Source: Anaerolineae bacterium (lineage in GTDB: Bacteria; Chloroflexota; Anaerolineae; Aggregatilineales; Aggregatilineaceae). Taken from it: a stretch of DNA of 64,000 nucleotides. A program made the position numbers and the translations under genes. Below the pieces are notes generated by a model that saw nothing but the letters and a program-made list of their open reading frames with translations, searched no databases and was not told where the DNA came from. Every line of letters starts with the position of its first letter. Position 1 is the stretch's first letter. The stretch is taken from NCBI GenBank assembly GCA_023382715.1, contig JAHDWP010000003.1, positions 64,370 to 128,369 of the forward strand, written 5' to 3'. Positions 1 through 10,264 of the stretch are shown here, in pieces.

Positions 1-1
1 C

Positions 2-313
<312 letters not shown>

Positions 314-345
314 CGCGCTGCGCTTGAGCAGGAGAGAAGACACTG

Positions 346-879
346 ATGAAACGGACACTCGTAGCCCTTGTAGAGAACAAGCCCGGCGTGCTGAACCGGG
401 TGGCGAGCCTGTTCCGGCGGCGCAACTTCAACATTGACAGCCTGACGGTAGGCCGCACCGAAAACCCGGCCATCTCGCGCATGACCATCGTCGTGGACGC
501 CGACGCCGAGAAGATTCGCACCCAGCTCTACAAGCTGGTCAACGTCATCCAGGTGCAGGACGTGACCGAGATCCCCGATGTCAGCCGCGACCTGGCGCTG
601 ATCAAGGTGCGCGTCAACAGCCAGACGCGCGGCGAAGTCGTGCAGCTCTGCGACATCTTCCGCGCGCACATCGTGGACGCCACCACCGACGCGCTGATCG
701 TCGAGGTCACCGGCGACGAGGACAAGATCACCAGCATGACCGAGCTGCTGCGCCCGATCGGCATCCTGGAGATGGTGCGCACCGGCATGGTGACCATGAC
801 GCGCGGCGAGCACGTGCTGTCGCCCAATGGCTACAAGCCGCGTCCGAGCGGCAACGGCTACCGGACGAACGTGCTGTGA
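346..879 (+). CDS. ilvN: acetolactate synthase small (regulatory) subunit
   Basis: 177 aa. N-terminal ACT-domain signature MKRTLVALVENKPGVLNRVASLFRRRNFNIDSLTV is typical of IlvN/IlvH. Position between ilvB and ilvC. Confidence 0.93.
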   Translation: MKRTLVALVENKPGVLNRVASLFRRRNFNIDSLTVGRTENPAISRMTIVVDADAEKIRTQLYKLVNVIQVQDVTEIPDVSRDLALIKVRVNSQTRGEVVQLCDIFRAHIVDATTDALIVEVTGDEDKITSMTELLRPIGILEMVRTGMVTMTRGEHVLSPNGYKPRPSGNGYRTNVL

Positions 880-890
880 GTGAAGGTCAC

Positions 891-921
891 GACTTCGGAA
901 GTCTTCGAGACTTCCGAAGTC
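891..921. repeat. family A palindromic repeat (GACTTCGGAAGTC-TTCGA-GACTTCCGAAGTC)
   Basis: Perfect 13-bp inverted arms with a 5-nt loop, 12 nt after the ilvN stop. Same arm sequence recurs at 8797, 21941, 32737 and 62273. Confidence 0.9.
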
Positions 922-962
922 TGAATTGAGGGTGCTCGATCGCTCAACGAGGGAGAAAACCA

Positions 963-1976
<1,014 letters not shown>

Positions 1977-2051
1977 TGAGCAGGGTGCCTTTGCCGGTCG
2001 CTGAAGGCTGATAGCTGAAGACGATAGGTGCACACAAGGACAGCAGGTACT

Positions 2052-3665
2052 ATGGACGAGTCTGGGGTTCAACGCGATAACCGGGTGCGCATTTTCGACA
2101 CCACCCTGCGCGATGGCGAGCAGTCGCCCGGCGCCAGCCTGACCAGCGCCGAGAAGATTGACATCGCCCGCCAGCTTGCCCGCCTGGGCGTGGACATCAT
2201 CGAGGCGGGTTTTCCCGCCGCCTCGCCCGACGATCTGGAGGGCGTGCGCCGTGTCGCCCGCGAGGTGGGCACAGCCGATGGCCCGGTCATCTGCGGGCTG
2301 GCCCGCGCCACCACCAGCGATATTGACAAAGCCTGGGAAGCTGTGCGCGACGCGGCCAAGCCGCGCATCCACACCTTCCTGGCGACCTCTGAGATTCACA
2401 TGCAGCACAAGCTGCGCATGACGCGCGAGCAGGTCGTGGAGCGCGTGCGCGAGATGGTCGCTTACGCTCGCGCGCTGTGCGCCGACGTGGAGTTTTCGCC
2501 GGAGGACGCCTGTCGCTCCGACCCCGACTTCCTGGTAGAAGTGCTCAGCGTGGCCGTGCGAGAAGGCGCGACCACGCTCAACATCCCCGACACGGTGGGC
2601 TATATCATGCCCGGCGAATACCTCGCGCTGATGCAGAAGCTGATCCGCGAGACGGCGGGCGGCGACCGCGTGATCTGGTCGGTGCACTGTCACGACGACC
2701 TGGGCCTGGCCACGGCCAACGCGCTGGCCGGCCTGCAGGCCGGGGCGCGCCAGGCCGAGGTGACGATCAACGGCATCGGCGAGCGCGCGGGCAACACCTC
2801 GCTGGAAGAGGTGGTGATGGCCCTGCACACACGGCCCCAGTTCTACCACCTGAGCACCGGCATAGACACGACGCAGATCGCCCGCACCAGCCGCATGGTC
2901 AGCAACTACACCGGCCTGCCCGTCCAGCCGAACAAGGCCATTGTCGGGGCCAACGCCTTCAGCCACGAGGCGGGCATTCACCAGGACGGCGTGCTCAAGC
3001 ACCAGGCCACCTATGAGATCATGACGCCGGAGACGGTCGGCCTGTCGCAGAGCAACCTGGTGCTGGGCAAGCACAGCGGGCGCCATGCCTTTCGCGTCCG
3101 CCTGGAAGACCTGGGCTACGAGCTGGAAGGCGACGATCTGAACCAGGCGTTCCAGCGCTTCAAGGAGCTGGCCGACAAGAAGAAGACGGTCACCGATGCC
3201 GACATCGAGGCGCTCATCGCCGACGAGTTCTACGGCCCGGAGGAGGTCTTCACCCTGGAGGGCATTCAGGTTGCCTGCGGGCAGCCGGGAATGCCCACCG
3301 CCACCATCAGGCTGCGCGGACCGGATGGCCATTCCAAGATCGCGGCGGGCATCGGCACTGGCCCGGTGGACGCGGCTTTCCAGGCCATCGAGCAGATCGT
3401 CGAGGTGCAGGCCACGCTGGTCGAATATCGCGTGGCTGCCGTCACCGAGGGCATTGACGCCCTGGGCGAAGTGACCGTGCGCGTCCGCCGCGATGCTAAC
3501 GGGCGGCGCACCTTCGGCGGGCACGGGGCCGATACCGACATCATCGTGGCCAGCGCCAAAGCGTACCTGTCCGCGCTCAACAAGATGCTGGCCTACACCG
3601 GCTATGGCGACCGCGCGCCGGAAGGCGATGCCGCCACCGTGCGCGTGTCGCCGCAGGCGAAGTGA
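2052..3665 (+). CDS. leuA: 2-isopropylmalate synthase
   Basis: N-terminal [19 protein letters not shown]-like TIM barrel plus C-terminal LeuA dimer/regulatory region. ORF opens at GTG 2028, but ATG 2052 is preferred, so the start is uncertain by 8 codons. Confidence 0.9.
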   Translation: MDESGVQRDNRVRIFDTTLRDGEQSPGASLTSAEKIDIARQLARLGVDIIEAGFPAASPDDLEGVRRVAREVGTADGPVICGLARATTSDIDKAWEAVRDAAKPRIHTFLATSEIHMQHKLRMTREQVVERVREMVAYARALCADVEFSPEDACRSDPDFLVEVLSVAVREGATTLNIPDTVGYIMPGEYLALMQKLIRETAGGDRVIWSVHCHDDLGLATANALAGLQAGARQAEVTINGIGERAGNTSLEEVVMALHTRPQFYHLSTGIDTTQIARTSRMVSNYTGLPVQPNKAIVGANAFSHEAGIHQDGVLKHQATYEIMTPETVGLSQSNLVLGKHSGRHAFRVRLEDLGYELEGDDLNQAFQRFKELADKKKTVTDADIEALIADEFYGPEEVFTLEGIQVACGQPGMPTATIRLRGPDGHSKIAAGIGTGPVDAAFQAIEQIVEVQATLVEYRVAAVTEGIDALGEVTVRVRRDANGRRTFGGHGADTDIIVASAKAYLSALNKMLAYTGYGDRAPEGDAATVRVSPQAK

Positions 3666-3680
3666 GGCGCTGCGCTATTG

Positions 3681-3772
3681 ACCTCACCCCCGCTCGGCGC
3701 TGACGCGCCTCGTTGTCCCCTCTCCACGTCGGGGAGGGGGCTGGCCGAGCGAAGCGAGGCCGGGGGTGAGGT
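3681..3772. repeat. family B nested palindromic repeat (ACCTCACCCCCG ... CCCCTCTCC/GGGGAGGGG ... CGGGGGTGAGGT)
   Basis: Outer 12-bp inverted arms enclose an inner CCCCTCTCC-loop-GGGGAGGGGG hairpin. Relatives at 24757, 27422, 56009, 62168 and 43006. Confidence 0.85.
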
Positions 3773-4054
3773 AAACCGTCACGACCGGGTGGGCACGAGG
3801 AGCGAAGCACATGACTAAGCAGAGGAAATCACGCAGCAGGACACCGGTCAGCCCGCGCCCGGTCGAGCCGGAGATGGGCGCCGCGTTTCCAGAGCCGTGT
3901 TCCTGGCCGCTGGCCTGGCACGGCGAGGCCCTGTACAACCGGCCTGTGAGCCAGCCGCCAGCAGCCGTCAGCCGTCAGCCAGTATCGTGGCTGTCCCTTA
4001 AAGCTGATAGCTGATGGCCAATCGCTACTGATCGCACTTTTCACGGGAGATACC

Positions 4055-5323
4055 ATGGGGAAAACACTGGCCGAGAAGATCATCGCCGCCCACGCTGAGC
4101 ACGTCGAAGAGGTCTCGGCGGGCGACCTGGTCACCGTCAAGACCGACGTCGTGATGGCCAACGACATCACCGCGCCCATCGCCATCGAATCCTTCCGGGC
4201 GATGGGCGTGAGCGAAGTGTACAACCCGGACTGCGTTATGCTGGTGCCGAGCCACTTCGCCCCCAACAAGGACATCAAGAGCGCCGAGCAGACACGCACG
4301 CTGACCCTCTTCGCCGAGCAACAGGCGCTCGGCCACCGCTTCCAGGTGGGGCGGGCGGGCATCGAGCACGTCGTGCTGCCAGAGCGCGGGTTAGTGCTGC
4401 CCGGCGACCTGGTCGTCGGCGGCGACAGCCACACCTGCACCTACGGCGCGGTCGGCGCTCTCGCCACCGGCATGGGGTCAACCGACATCGCGTTTGCGAT
4501 GGCGACTGGCACCACCTGGCTGAAGGTGCCGGAGACGATGAAGTTCGTCTACTACGGCGAGCGCCGGCCCTGGGTGACCGGCAAAGACCTCATCCTGCGC
4601 ACCATCGGGGAGATCAGCGTGGACGGCGCGCTCTACCGGGCGATGGAGTTCACCGGCCCGGCCATCCACGAGCTGCCCATGTCCGACCGGCTGACGATGG
4701 CCAATATGGTCATCGAGGCGGGCGGCAAGTGCGGCTTCCTGCCCTACGACGAGGTGACCGAAGCCTACGTCACGCCGCGCGCCACACGACCCTTCACCCC
4801 CTACCACGCCGACGACGACGCGATCTACTGCTCCGTCCACGAATTCGACCTTGCGCAGATGGAGCCACAGGTCGCCTGCCCCTATTCGCCGGACAATGTG
4901 CACCCCATCAGCCAGGTCAGGCCGGAAAAGGTGGACCAGGTCTTCATCGGCAGTTGCACCAACGGGCGTTTCGAAGACCTGGCCATTGTCGCCGACATCC
5001 TGGAGCGGACGGGGCGCGAGTTTCACCCCGACGTGCGCGTGATGATCATCCCCGGCTCGCAGGCGGTCTACCTGGACGCGCTGCGCCAGGGCTGGCTCGA
5101 ACAGTTCACGCTGGCGGGGGCGGCGGTCAGCGTCAGCACGTGCGGGCCGTGCCTGGGCGGGCACATGGGCGTGCTGGCCGGCGACGAAGTGTGCGTCAGC
5201 ACGTCGAACCGCAACTTCCGCGGGCGTATGGGTCACCGCGACGCGCGCGTTTACCTGGCGAACCCGGCTATCGCCACCGCCAGCGCTATCCTGGGCCGGC
5301 TGGCCCATCCTGACGAGCTGTAG
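4055..5323 (+). CDS. leuC: 3-isopropylmalate dehydratase large subunit (short, aconitase-fold LeuC/HacA type)
   Basis: 422 aa. Aconitase-family Fe-S ligand contexts GGDSHTCTYGA, GSCTNGR and STCGPCLG. Followed by the small subunit. Confidence 0.92.
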   Translation: MGKTLAEKIIAAHAEHVEEVSAGDLVTVKTDVVMANDITAPIAIESFRAMGVSEVYNPDCVMLVPSHFAPNKDIKSAEQTRTLTLFAEQQALGHRFQVGRAGIEHVVLPERGLVLPGDLVVGGDSHTCTYGAVGALATGMGSTDIAFAMATGTTWLKVPETMKFVYYGERRPWVTGKDLILRTIGEISVDGALYRAMEFTGPAIHELPMSDRLTMANMVIEAGGKCGFLPYDEVTEAYVTPRATRPFTPYHADDDAIYCSVHEFDLAQMEPQVACPYSPDNVHPISQVRPEKVDQVFIGSCTNGRFEDLAIVADILERTGREFHPDVRVMIIPGSQAVYLDALRQGWLEQFTLAGAAVSVSTCGPCLGGHMGVLAGDEVCVSTSNRNFRGRMGHRDARVYLANPAIATASAILGRLAHPDEL

Positions 5324-5340
5324 CGCAGAAGGGGATACCG

Positions 5341-5856
5341 ATGAAGCTGCAAGGCAAAGTCTGGAAGTACGGCGACAACATTGACACAGACGTGATCATC
5401 CCGGCGCGCTATCTCGTCACCACCGATCCGCAGGCGCTGGCCGCGCACTGCATGGAAGACATAGACGCCGCGTTCGCCGGGGAGGTGCAGCCGGGCGACA
5501 TCATCGTCGGCGGGACAAACTTCGGCTGCGGCTCCAGCCGCGAGCACGCCCCGATCAGCATCAAGGGGGCGGGCGTCTCGTGCATCATCGCCGCGTCGTT
5601 CGCGCGCATCTTCTTCCGCAACGCGATCAACATCGGCCTGCCTATTCTGGAGAGTCCGGCGGCGGCGCGCGACGCGGAAAAAGGCGACACGCTCAGCGTG
5701 GACCTGGCCGCCGGGACCATCACCAACGAGCGCACCGGCCAGACGTATCAGGCCAGCCCCTACCCACCGGTGGTGCTGGCGATCATCCATGCGGGCGGGT
5801 TGGTGCCCTACGCGCGCACCGTGCTGGGCGTGCAGATGAAGGGACGAGCGTGGTGA
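5341..5856 (+). CDS. leuD: 3-isopropylmalate dehydratase small subunit
   Basis: 171 aa. KYGDNIDTDVIIPARYL and GGTNFGCGSSREHAP swivel-domain motifs. Confidence 0.92.
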   Translation: MKLQGKVWKYGDNIDTDVIIPARYLVTTDPQALAAHCMEDIDAAFAGEVQPGDIIVGGTNFGCGSSREHAPISIKGAGVSCIIAASFARIFFRNAINIGLPILESPAAARDAEKGDTLSVDLAAGTITNERTGQTYQASPYPPVVLAIIHAGGLVPYARTVLGVQMKGRAW

Positions 5857-5906
5857 TCAGGAGTCTGCATTACAGGGGCGCGCGGCGATCAGACTTCGCA
5901 AGTTTT

Positions 5907-5931
5907 GGGGGCGCAGCAGAGCAGCGCCCCC
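5907..5931. repeat. family E GC hairpin repeat (GGGGGCGCAGCAGAGCAGCGCCCCC)
   Basis: Short stem GGGGGCGC/GCGCCCCC. Near-identical cores at 21712, 63588 and 33321. Preceded by a half copy of family A (5892-5906). Confidence 0.7.
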
Positions 5932-6016
5932 GCGAAACACCCGCGCCGCCGCCCACCGCTAACTGATCACCAACAACTAACCACCAATCACCAATCACCA
6001 CGAATCGAGATCGCCA

Positions 6017-7591
6017 ATGACACCTGTTGAGGTTGAGGTCTACGACACTACGCTGCGCGACGGGACGCAGGGCGAGAACATCGCCCTGTCGGTGGACGAC
6101 AAGCTCAAGATCACGCGCCTGCTCGATGACCTGGGCGTGACCTATATCGAGGGCGGCTGGCCCGGCTCCAACCCCAAGGACGCGGCCTACTTCCAGCGCG
6201 TGCGCGAGCTGAACCTGCAGCACGCCCGCGTCGCCGCCTTCGGCATGACCTGCCGCGTGGGCGGCGATGCAGCAACCGATGCCAATATCCTCGCCCTGCT
6301 CGACGCCGCCACACCGGTCGTCACGGTCGTCGGCAAGACTTCGCTTCTGCATGTGCGCGAGATCATCCGCACCACGCCGGAGGAGAATCTGCGCATCATC
6401 CGCGAAAGCCTGGCCTTCCTCAAGGCGCAGGGGCGCGAGGTGATCTACGACGCCGAGCATTTCTTCGACGGCTACAAGCTGGACGCCGACTACGCGCTGC
6501 AAACTTTGCAGGCCGCGCTCGATGGCGGGGCGGGCGTGCTCGTGCTGTGCGACACCAACGGCGGCTCGATGCCCTGGGAGATCGGGGGGATCCTCCGCAC
6601 CGTGGCCGAGCGCTTCCCTGGCGTGCGGCTGGGCATTCACTGCCACAACGACGGGGAGATGGCCGTCGCCAATACGCTGGTGGCGGTGCGTCACGGCGTG
6701 ACCCATATCCAGGGGACGATCAACGGCTACGGCGAGCGCTGCGGCAACACCAACCTGTGCTCGGCGGTGCCCGACCTGGAGCTTAAGCTCGGCCTGCGCT
6801 GCCTGCCCGAAGGCCGCCTGGCGCGCCTGACAGGTGTGGCGCGCACGGTGGCCGAGATCGCCAACATGGCCCCCAACCACCAGGCGGCTTACGTCGGCAA
6901 GAGCGCCTTCGCCCACAAGGGAGGGATGCACGTCGCCGCCATCCGCCGCAACGTGGACAGCTACCAGCACATTGACCCGGCGCTGGTCGGCAACAAGATG
7001 CGCGTGCTCGTCTCCGACCTCAGCGGGCGCGGCAACATGCTCAGCAAGGCCGAGGAATATGGCCAGAACCTGACGGCGGACGAGGCGCAGAAGCTCGTCG
7101 CCCGCATCAAGGAGCTGGAACATCGTGGCTTCGTCTTCGAAGGGGCCGAAGCTTCGATCATGATGCTCATCCGTCGCCAGCGCCCGGACTACACGCCGCC
7201 CTTCGAGCTGATTGACTTCATGGCCGTGGTCGAGCACCGCGCCGGGCGCGGCATGTTCGCCGAGGCGACGATCAAGCTGCGCGTGAATGGCGAGGAGATT
7301 CATACCGTCTCCAGCGGCAACGGCCCGGTGGACGCGCTCGACCACGCCATGCGCAAGGCGCTGACCCCCCTCTATCCACCGCTGGCCGAGTTCCAACTGG
7401 CCGACTACAAGGTGCGCATCCTCGACGGGCAGAACGGCGCAGCGGCCATGACCCGCGTGCTGATTGACACGCAGAACGGTCACCAGCGCTGGAGCACCGT
7501 CGGGGCCAGCACCAACATCATCGAGGCGAGCTGGTTCGCCCTGGCCGACAGCGTCGAGTACGGTCTGACCCACGTGATGGGCTGCTGCTGA
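6017..7591 (+). CDS. cimA: (R)-citramalate synthase (LeuA-family, CimA type)
   Basis: 524 aa. VYDTTLRDGTQGENIALSVDDKLKI...YIEGGWPGSNPKD N-terminus is characteristic of the CimA branch rather than LeuA. C-terminal LeuA-dimer domain present. Confidence 0.8.
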   Translation: MTPVEVEVYDTTLRDGTQGENIALSVDDKLKITRLLDDLGVTYIEGGWPGSNPKDAAYFQRVRELNLQHARVAAFGMTCRVGGDAATDANILALLDAATPVVTVVGKTSLLHVREIIRTTPEENLRIIRESLAFLKAQGREVIYDAEHFFDGYKLDADYALQTLQAALDGGAGVLVLCDTNGGSMPWEIGGILRTVAERFPGVRLGIHCHNDGEMAVANTLVAVRHGVTHIQGTINGYGERCGNTNLCSAVPDLELKLGLRCLPEGRLARLTGVARTVAEIANMAPNHQAAYVGKSAFAHKGGMHVAAIRRNVDSYQHIDPALVGNKMRVLVSDLSGRGNMLSKAEEYGQNLTADEAQKLVARIKELEHRGFVFEGAEASIMMLIRRQRPDYTPPFELIDFMAVVEHRAGRGMFAEATIKLRVNGEEIHTVSSGNGPVDALDHAMRKALTPLYPPLAEFQLADYKVRILDGQNGAAAMTRVLIDTQNGHQRWSTVGASTNIIEASWFALADSVEYGLTHVMGCC

Positions 7592-7679
7592 GCCGGGGAT
7601 GGGGGGCAGAAACAGGCACACACCCCGGCCAACACTCTCAGACCAAAACCAGTAACCACCAACCACCCAGGAGACCTTC

Positions 7680-8744
7680 ATGCACGCAACCATCGTCACC
7701 CTGCCCGGCGACGGCATCGGGCCGGAAGTGATCGCCGAAGGCGCGCGCGTGCTGCGCGCCGTCGCCGCCCGCTGGGGGCACAGCTTCAGCTTCGAAGAAG
7801 CGCTGATGGGCGGCTGTGCCATTGACGCGGCTGGCGACCCCCTGCCCGACGAGACGCTGGCCGCCTGCGAGCGCGCCGACGCCGTGCTGCTCGGCGCGGT
7901 CGGCGGGCCGCAGTGGTCGGACCCCACCGCGCCCGTCCGCCCGGAGCAGGGGCTGCTGCGGCTGCGCGGGCACTTCGACCTCTTCGCCAACCTGCGCCCG
8001 GTCAGGGCCTATCCGGCGCTGGCCCGCCATACGCCGCTGCGCGCCGACCTGCTCGACGGCGTGGATATGCTCTTTGTGCGCGAGCTGACCAGCGGCATCT
8101 ACTTCGGCCAGCGCCAGGAGCAGGGCGACGGCGACGACGCCTGGGACACGATGTACTACTCCGTCCCCCAGGTGGCGCGCGTGGCCCGCGTCGCCTTCGC
8201 GGCGGCGCGCGGACGGCGCGGCCAGGTGACCTCGGTGGACAAGGCCAACGTGCTGGCCGCCATGCGCCTGTGGCGGCGCACGGTGAGCGGCGTGGCCGCC
8301 GACTACCCGGACGTGACCCTGGAGCACGCGCTGGTGGACGCCTGCGCCATGCACCTGCTGCGCAACCCGGCCCGCTTCGACGTGCTGCTGGCCGGCAACA
8401 TGTTCGGCGACATCCTCAGCGACGAGGCGTCGGTGCTGGCCGGGTCGCTGGGCATGTTGCCCTCGGCGTCGCTGGGCACGGGGACGTTCGGCGTCTACGA
8501 GCCGATTCACGGCTCCGCGCCGGACATCGCCGGCCAGGGCCTGGCCAACCCCACCGCGACGATCCTCAGCGCGGCCCTGCTGCTGCGCCACAGCCTGGGG
8601 CTGGAAGCGGAAGCGCGGGCGGTCGAGACGGCGGTCGAGGCGGCGCTAGACGCGGGCGCGCGCACGGCGGACATCGCTGCTGCGCCCGGCGAAGCGATCT
8701 CCACGAGCGCCTTCACCGACCGTGTGCTGGACGGCCTGGCCTAG
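7680..8744 (+). CDS. leuB: 3-isopropylmalate dehydrogenase
   Basis: 354 aa. Isocitrate/isopropylmalate dehydrogenase motifs ([27 protein letters not shown]). Confidence 0.95.
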   Translation: MHATIVTLPGDGIGPEVIAEGARVLRAVAARWGHSFSFEEALMGGCAIDAAGDPLPDETLAACERADAVLLGAVGGPQWSDPTAPVRPEQGLLRLRGHFDLFANLRPVRAYPALARHTPLRADLLDGVDMLFVRELTSGIYFGQRQEQGDGDDAWDTMYYSVPQVARVARVAFAAARGRRGQVTSVDKANVLAAMRLWRRTVSGVAADYPDVTLEHALVDACAMHLLRNPARFDVLLAGNMFGDILSDEASVLAGSLGMLPSASLGTGTFGVYEPIHGSAPDIAGQGLANPTATILSAALLLRHSLGLEAEARAVETAVEAALDAGARTADIAAAPGEAISTSAFTDRVLDGLA

Positions 8745-8796
8745 GGCGCGCGAGATTCTCGGCGTCACCCTCATGCCCGTTAGGGCGCTCTGACCA

Positions 8797-8828
8797 GACT
8801 TCCGAAGTCTGCGCAGACTTCGGAAGTC
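8797..8828. repeat. family A palindromic repeat
   Basis: GACTTCCGAAGTC-TGCGCA-GACTTCGGAAGTC, 53 nt after the leuB stop, followed by a T-rich run (ttcttctcc). Confidence 0.9.
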
Positions 8829-8912
8829 TTCTTCTCCGCCAAGCCCGCCCCGCGCGCCGCATTCTGCCGGTGACCAGCGCGCGCCAACTATTGAAAAACA
8901 CCCTCAACTCTA

Positions 8913-8941
8913 TTGCCCCACCTGCCAGGATGTGTTAAGAT
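8913..8941 (+). promoter_or_regulatory. candidate sigma-70-type promoter with extended -10 (TTGCCC-17 nt-TGtTAAGAT)
   Basis: -35-like TTGCCC at 8913-8918 and TG-extended TAAGAT at 8936-8941, about 110 nt upstream of the transporter permease start. Confidence 0.35.
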
Positions 8942-9052
8942 GTCGTCCTAACCGGTGCTGGCTATGCATGAACAGGGGGCCATCAGCGGCCTGGCGACGG
9001 CCTCCGGTGACGGTAAGCGCTTTGCCCAATAATCCCTACCTTGCTGCCACCT

Positions 9053-10264
9053 ATGAGGGGTTCCCTACAGTTGAACCTACCACGAAGTTTCCACTTAGGA
9101 CGCACGCTCGACGCTTTTCTACCGCTATTCGCTGTGTTGCTCGCCCTTCTCATCGGCGGTCTGATGATCCTGCTGATGAACGCCAATCCCCTGGACGCCT
9201 ACCAGGCGCTGTGGGAGGGCGCGTTCGGCACCAAGAACGCCGTCGCCGATACGCTGGTCAAGGCCACACCCCTGCTGCTGGTGGGCATTGGCATCTGCAT
9301 CAGCTTTCGGGGCGGCGTGGTCAATATTGGTGGCGAGGGGCAGATGATCGCCGGCGGGCTGGCCGCCGTCGCCATCGGCCTGCAATACAAGGAGGCCGAT
9401 CCCACCACGGTGATTATCGCCTGCCTGGTGGGGAGCTTCATCGCTGGCGCGCTGTGGGGCGGCATTGCCGGGGTGCTCAAAGCCTATTTCAACGTGAACG
9501 AAATTTTGAGCACGATCATGCTCAACCAGATCGCCGCCTTCGGCATGATGTACCTGGTGCGCAGCGAGTTCATTGACCCACGCCAGAAGGGCCGCGCCGC
9601 GCCGATCCCCGAAACGGAGCGTCTGCCGCGCAGCCTGGACCTGCCGCGCATCGGCGGGACGCTCGATGATCTCTACGACTTTCTGGGCCTGTCCTCTGCC
9701 GATGCCAACCAGTGGGGGACGACCCTGCTGCACAATGGCATTGTCATTGCCTTCGTGCTGGCGATTGTGGTTTACATCCTGCTGTGGCGGACGACCATCG
9801 GCTATCGTATCCGCGCGGTGGGCAAGAACCCGCGCGCCTCGCGCTACGCCGGCATCAAAGTCAAGCGCTATGTGGTGCTGTCGCTGCTGCTCAGCGGCGG
9901 GTTTGCCGGGCTGGCGGGCGGCATCCAACTGCTGGGCGTGCGCCACCGCATGAACGCCGAGGGCGGGGCCATCGCCTTCACCGGCAACGCCGGCTTCAAC
10001 GGCATCGTCGCCGCGCTGTTCGGCGGGCTGCACCCGCTGGGCACCATCCCCGCGTCCATCCTATTCGGCGCGCTGCTGGTCGGCGGCAACAAGCTACAGC
10101 GCTCGGTGCAGGTGCCGTCGGCGCTGATCACCGCGCTGATCGGCCTGGTGATCATCTTCGTCGTCGCCAGCGATGTTTTCGTGCGCCGTCGCTCGCGCCG
10201 CCGCGTGGCCGTGGCCACCTCTGAGGCATCCGCTGAAACAGCAGGAGTGAGAGCCAGTCTATGA
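9053..10264 (+). CDS. ABC transporter permease (BMP/nucleoside-simple sugar type)
   Basis: Multi-TM protein. ORF opens at TTG 9041, first ATG at 9053. Stop overlaps the next permease start (ATGA). Confidence 0.85.
   Translation: MRGSLQLNLPRSFHLGRTLDAFLPLFAVLLALLIGGLMILLMNANPLDAYQALWEGAFGTKNAVADTLVKATPLLLVGIGICISFRGGVVNIGGEGQMIAGGLAAVAIGLQYKEADPTTVIIACLVGSFIAGALWGGIAGVLKAYFNVNEILSTIMLNQIAAFGMMYLVRSEFIDPRQKGRAAPIPETERLPRSLDLPRIGGTLDDLYDFLGLSSADANQWGTTLLHNGIVIAFVLAIVVYILLWRTTIGYRIRAVGKNPRASRYAGIKVKRYVVLSLLLSGGFAGLAGGIQLLGVRHRMNAEGGAIAFTGNAGFNGIVAALFGGLHPLGTIPASILFGALLVGGNKLQRSVQVPSALITALIGLVIIFVVASDVFVRRRSRRRVAVATSEASAETAGVRASL

Noticed and set aside
3785-3800. T-box-like sequence CCGGGTGGGCACGAGG in the leuA-leuC spacer
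   Set aside because: Only a partial resemblance to the T-box core (GGGTGGTACCGCG). I could not identify a specifier loop, stem I, or an antiterminator/terminator pair by eye. An Infernal scan would be needed before any claim.
3811-4014. 67-aa ORF (MTKQRKSRSRTPVSPRP...) in the leuA-leuC spacer
   Set aside because: Low-complexity basic/proline-rich product that runs through repeat sequence, with no ribosome-binding site. Likely non-coding.
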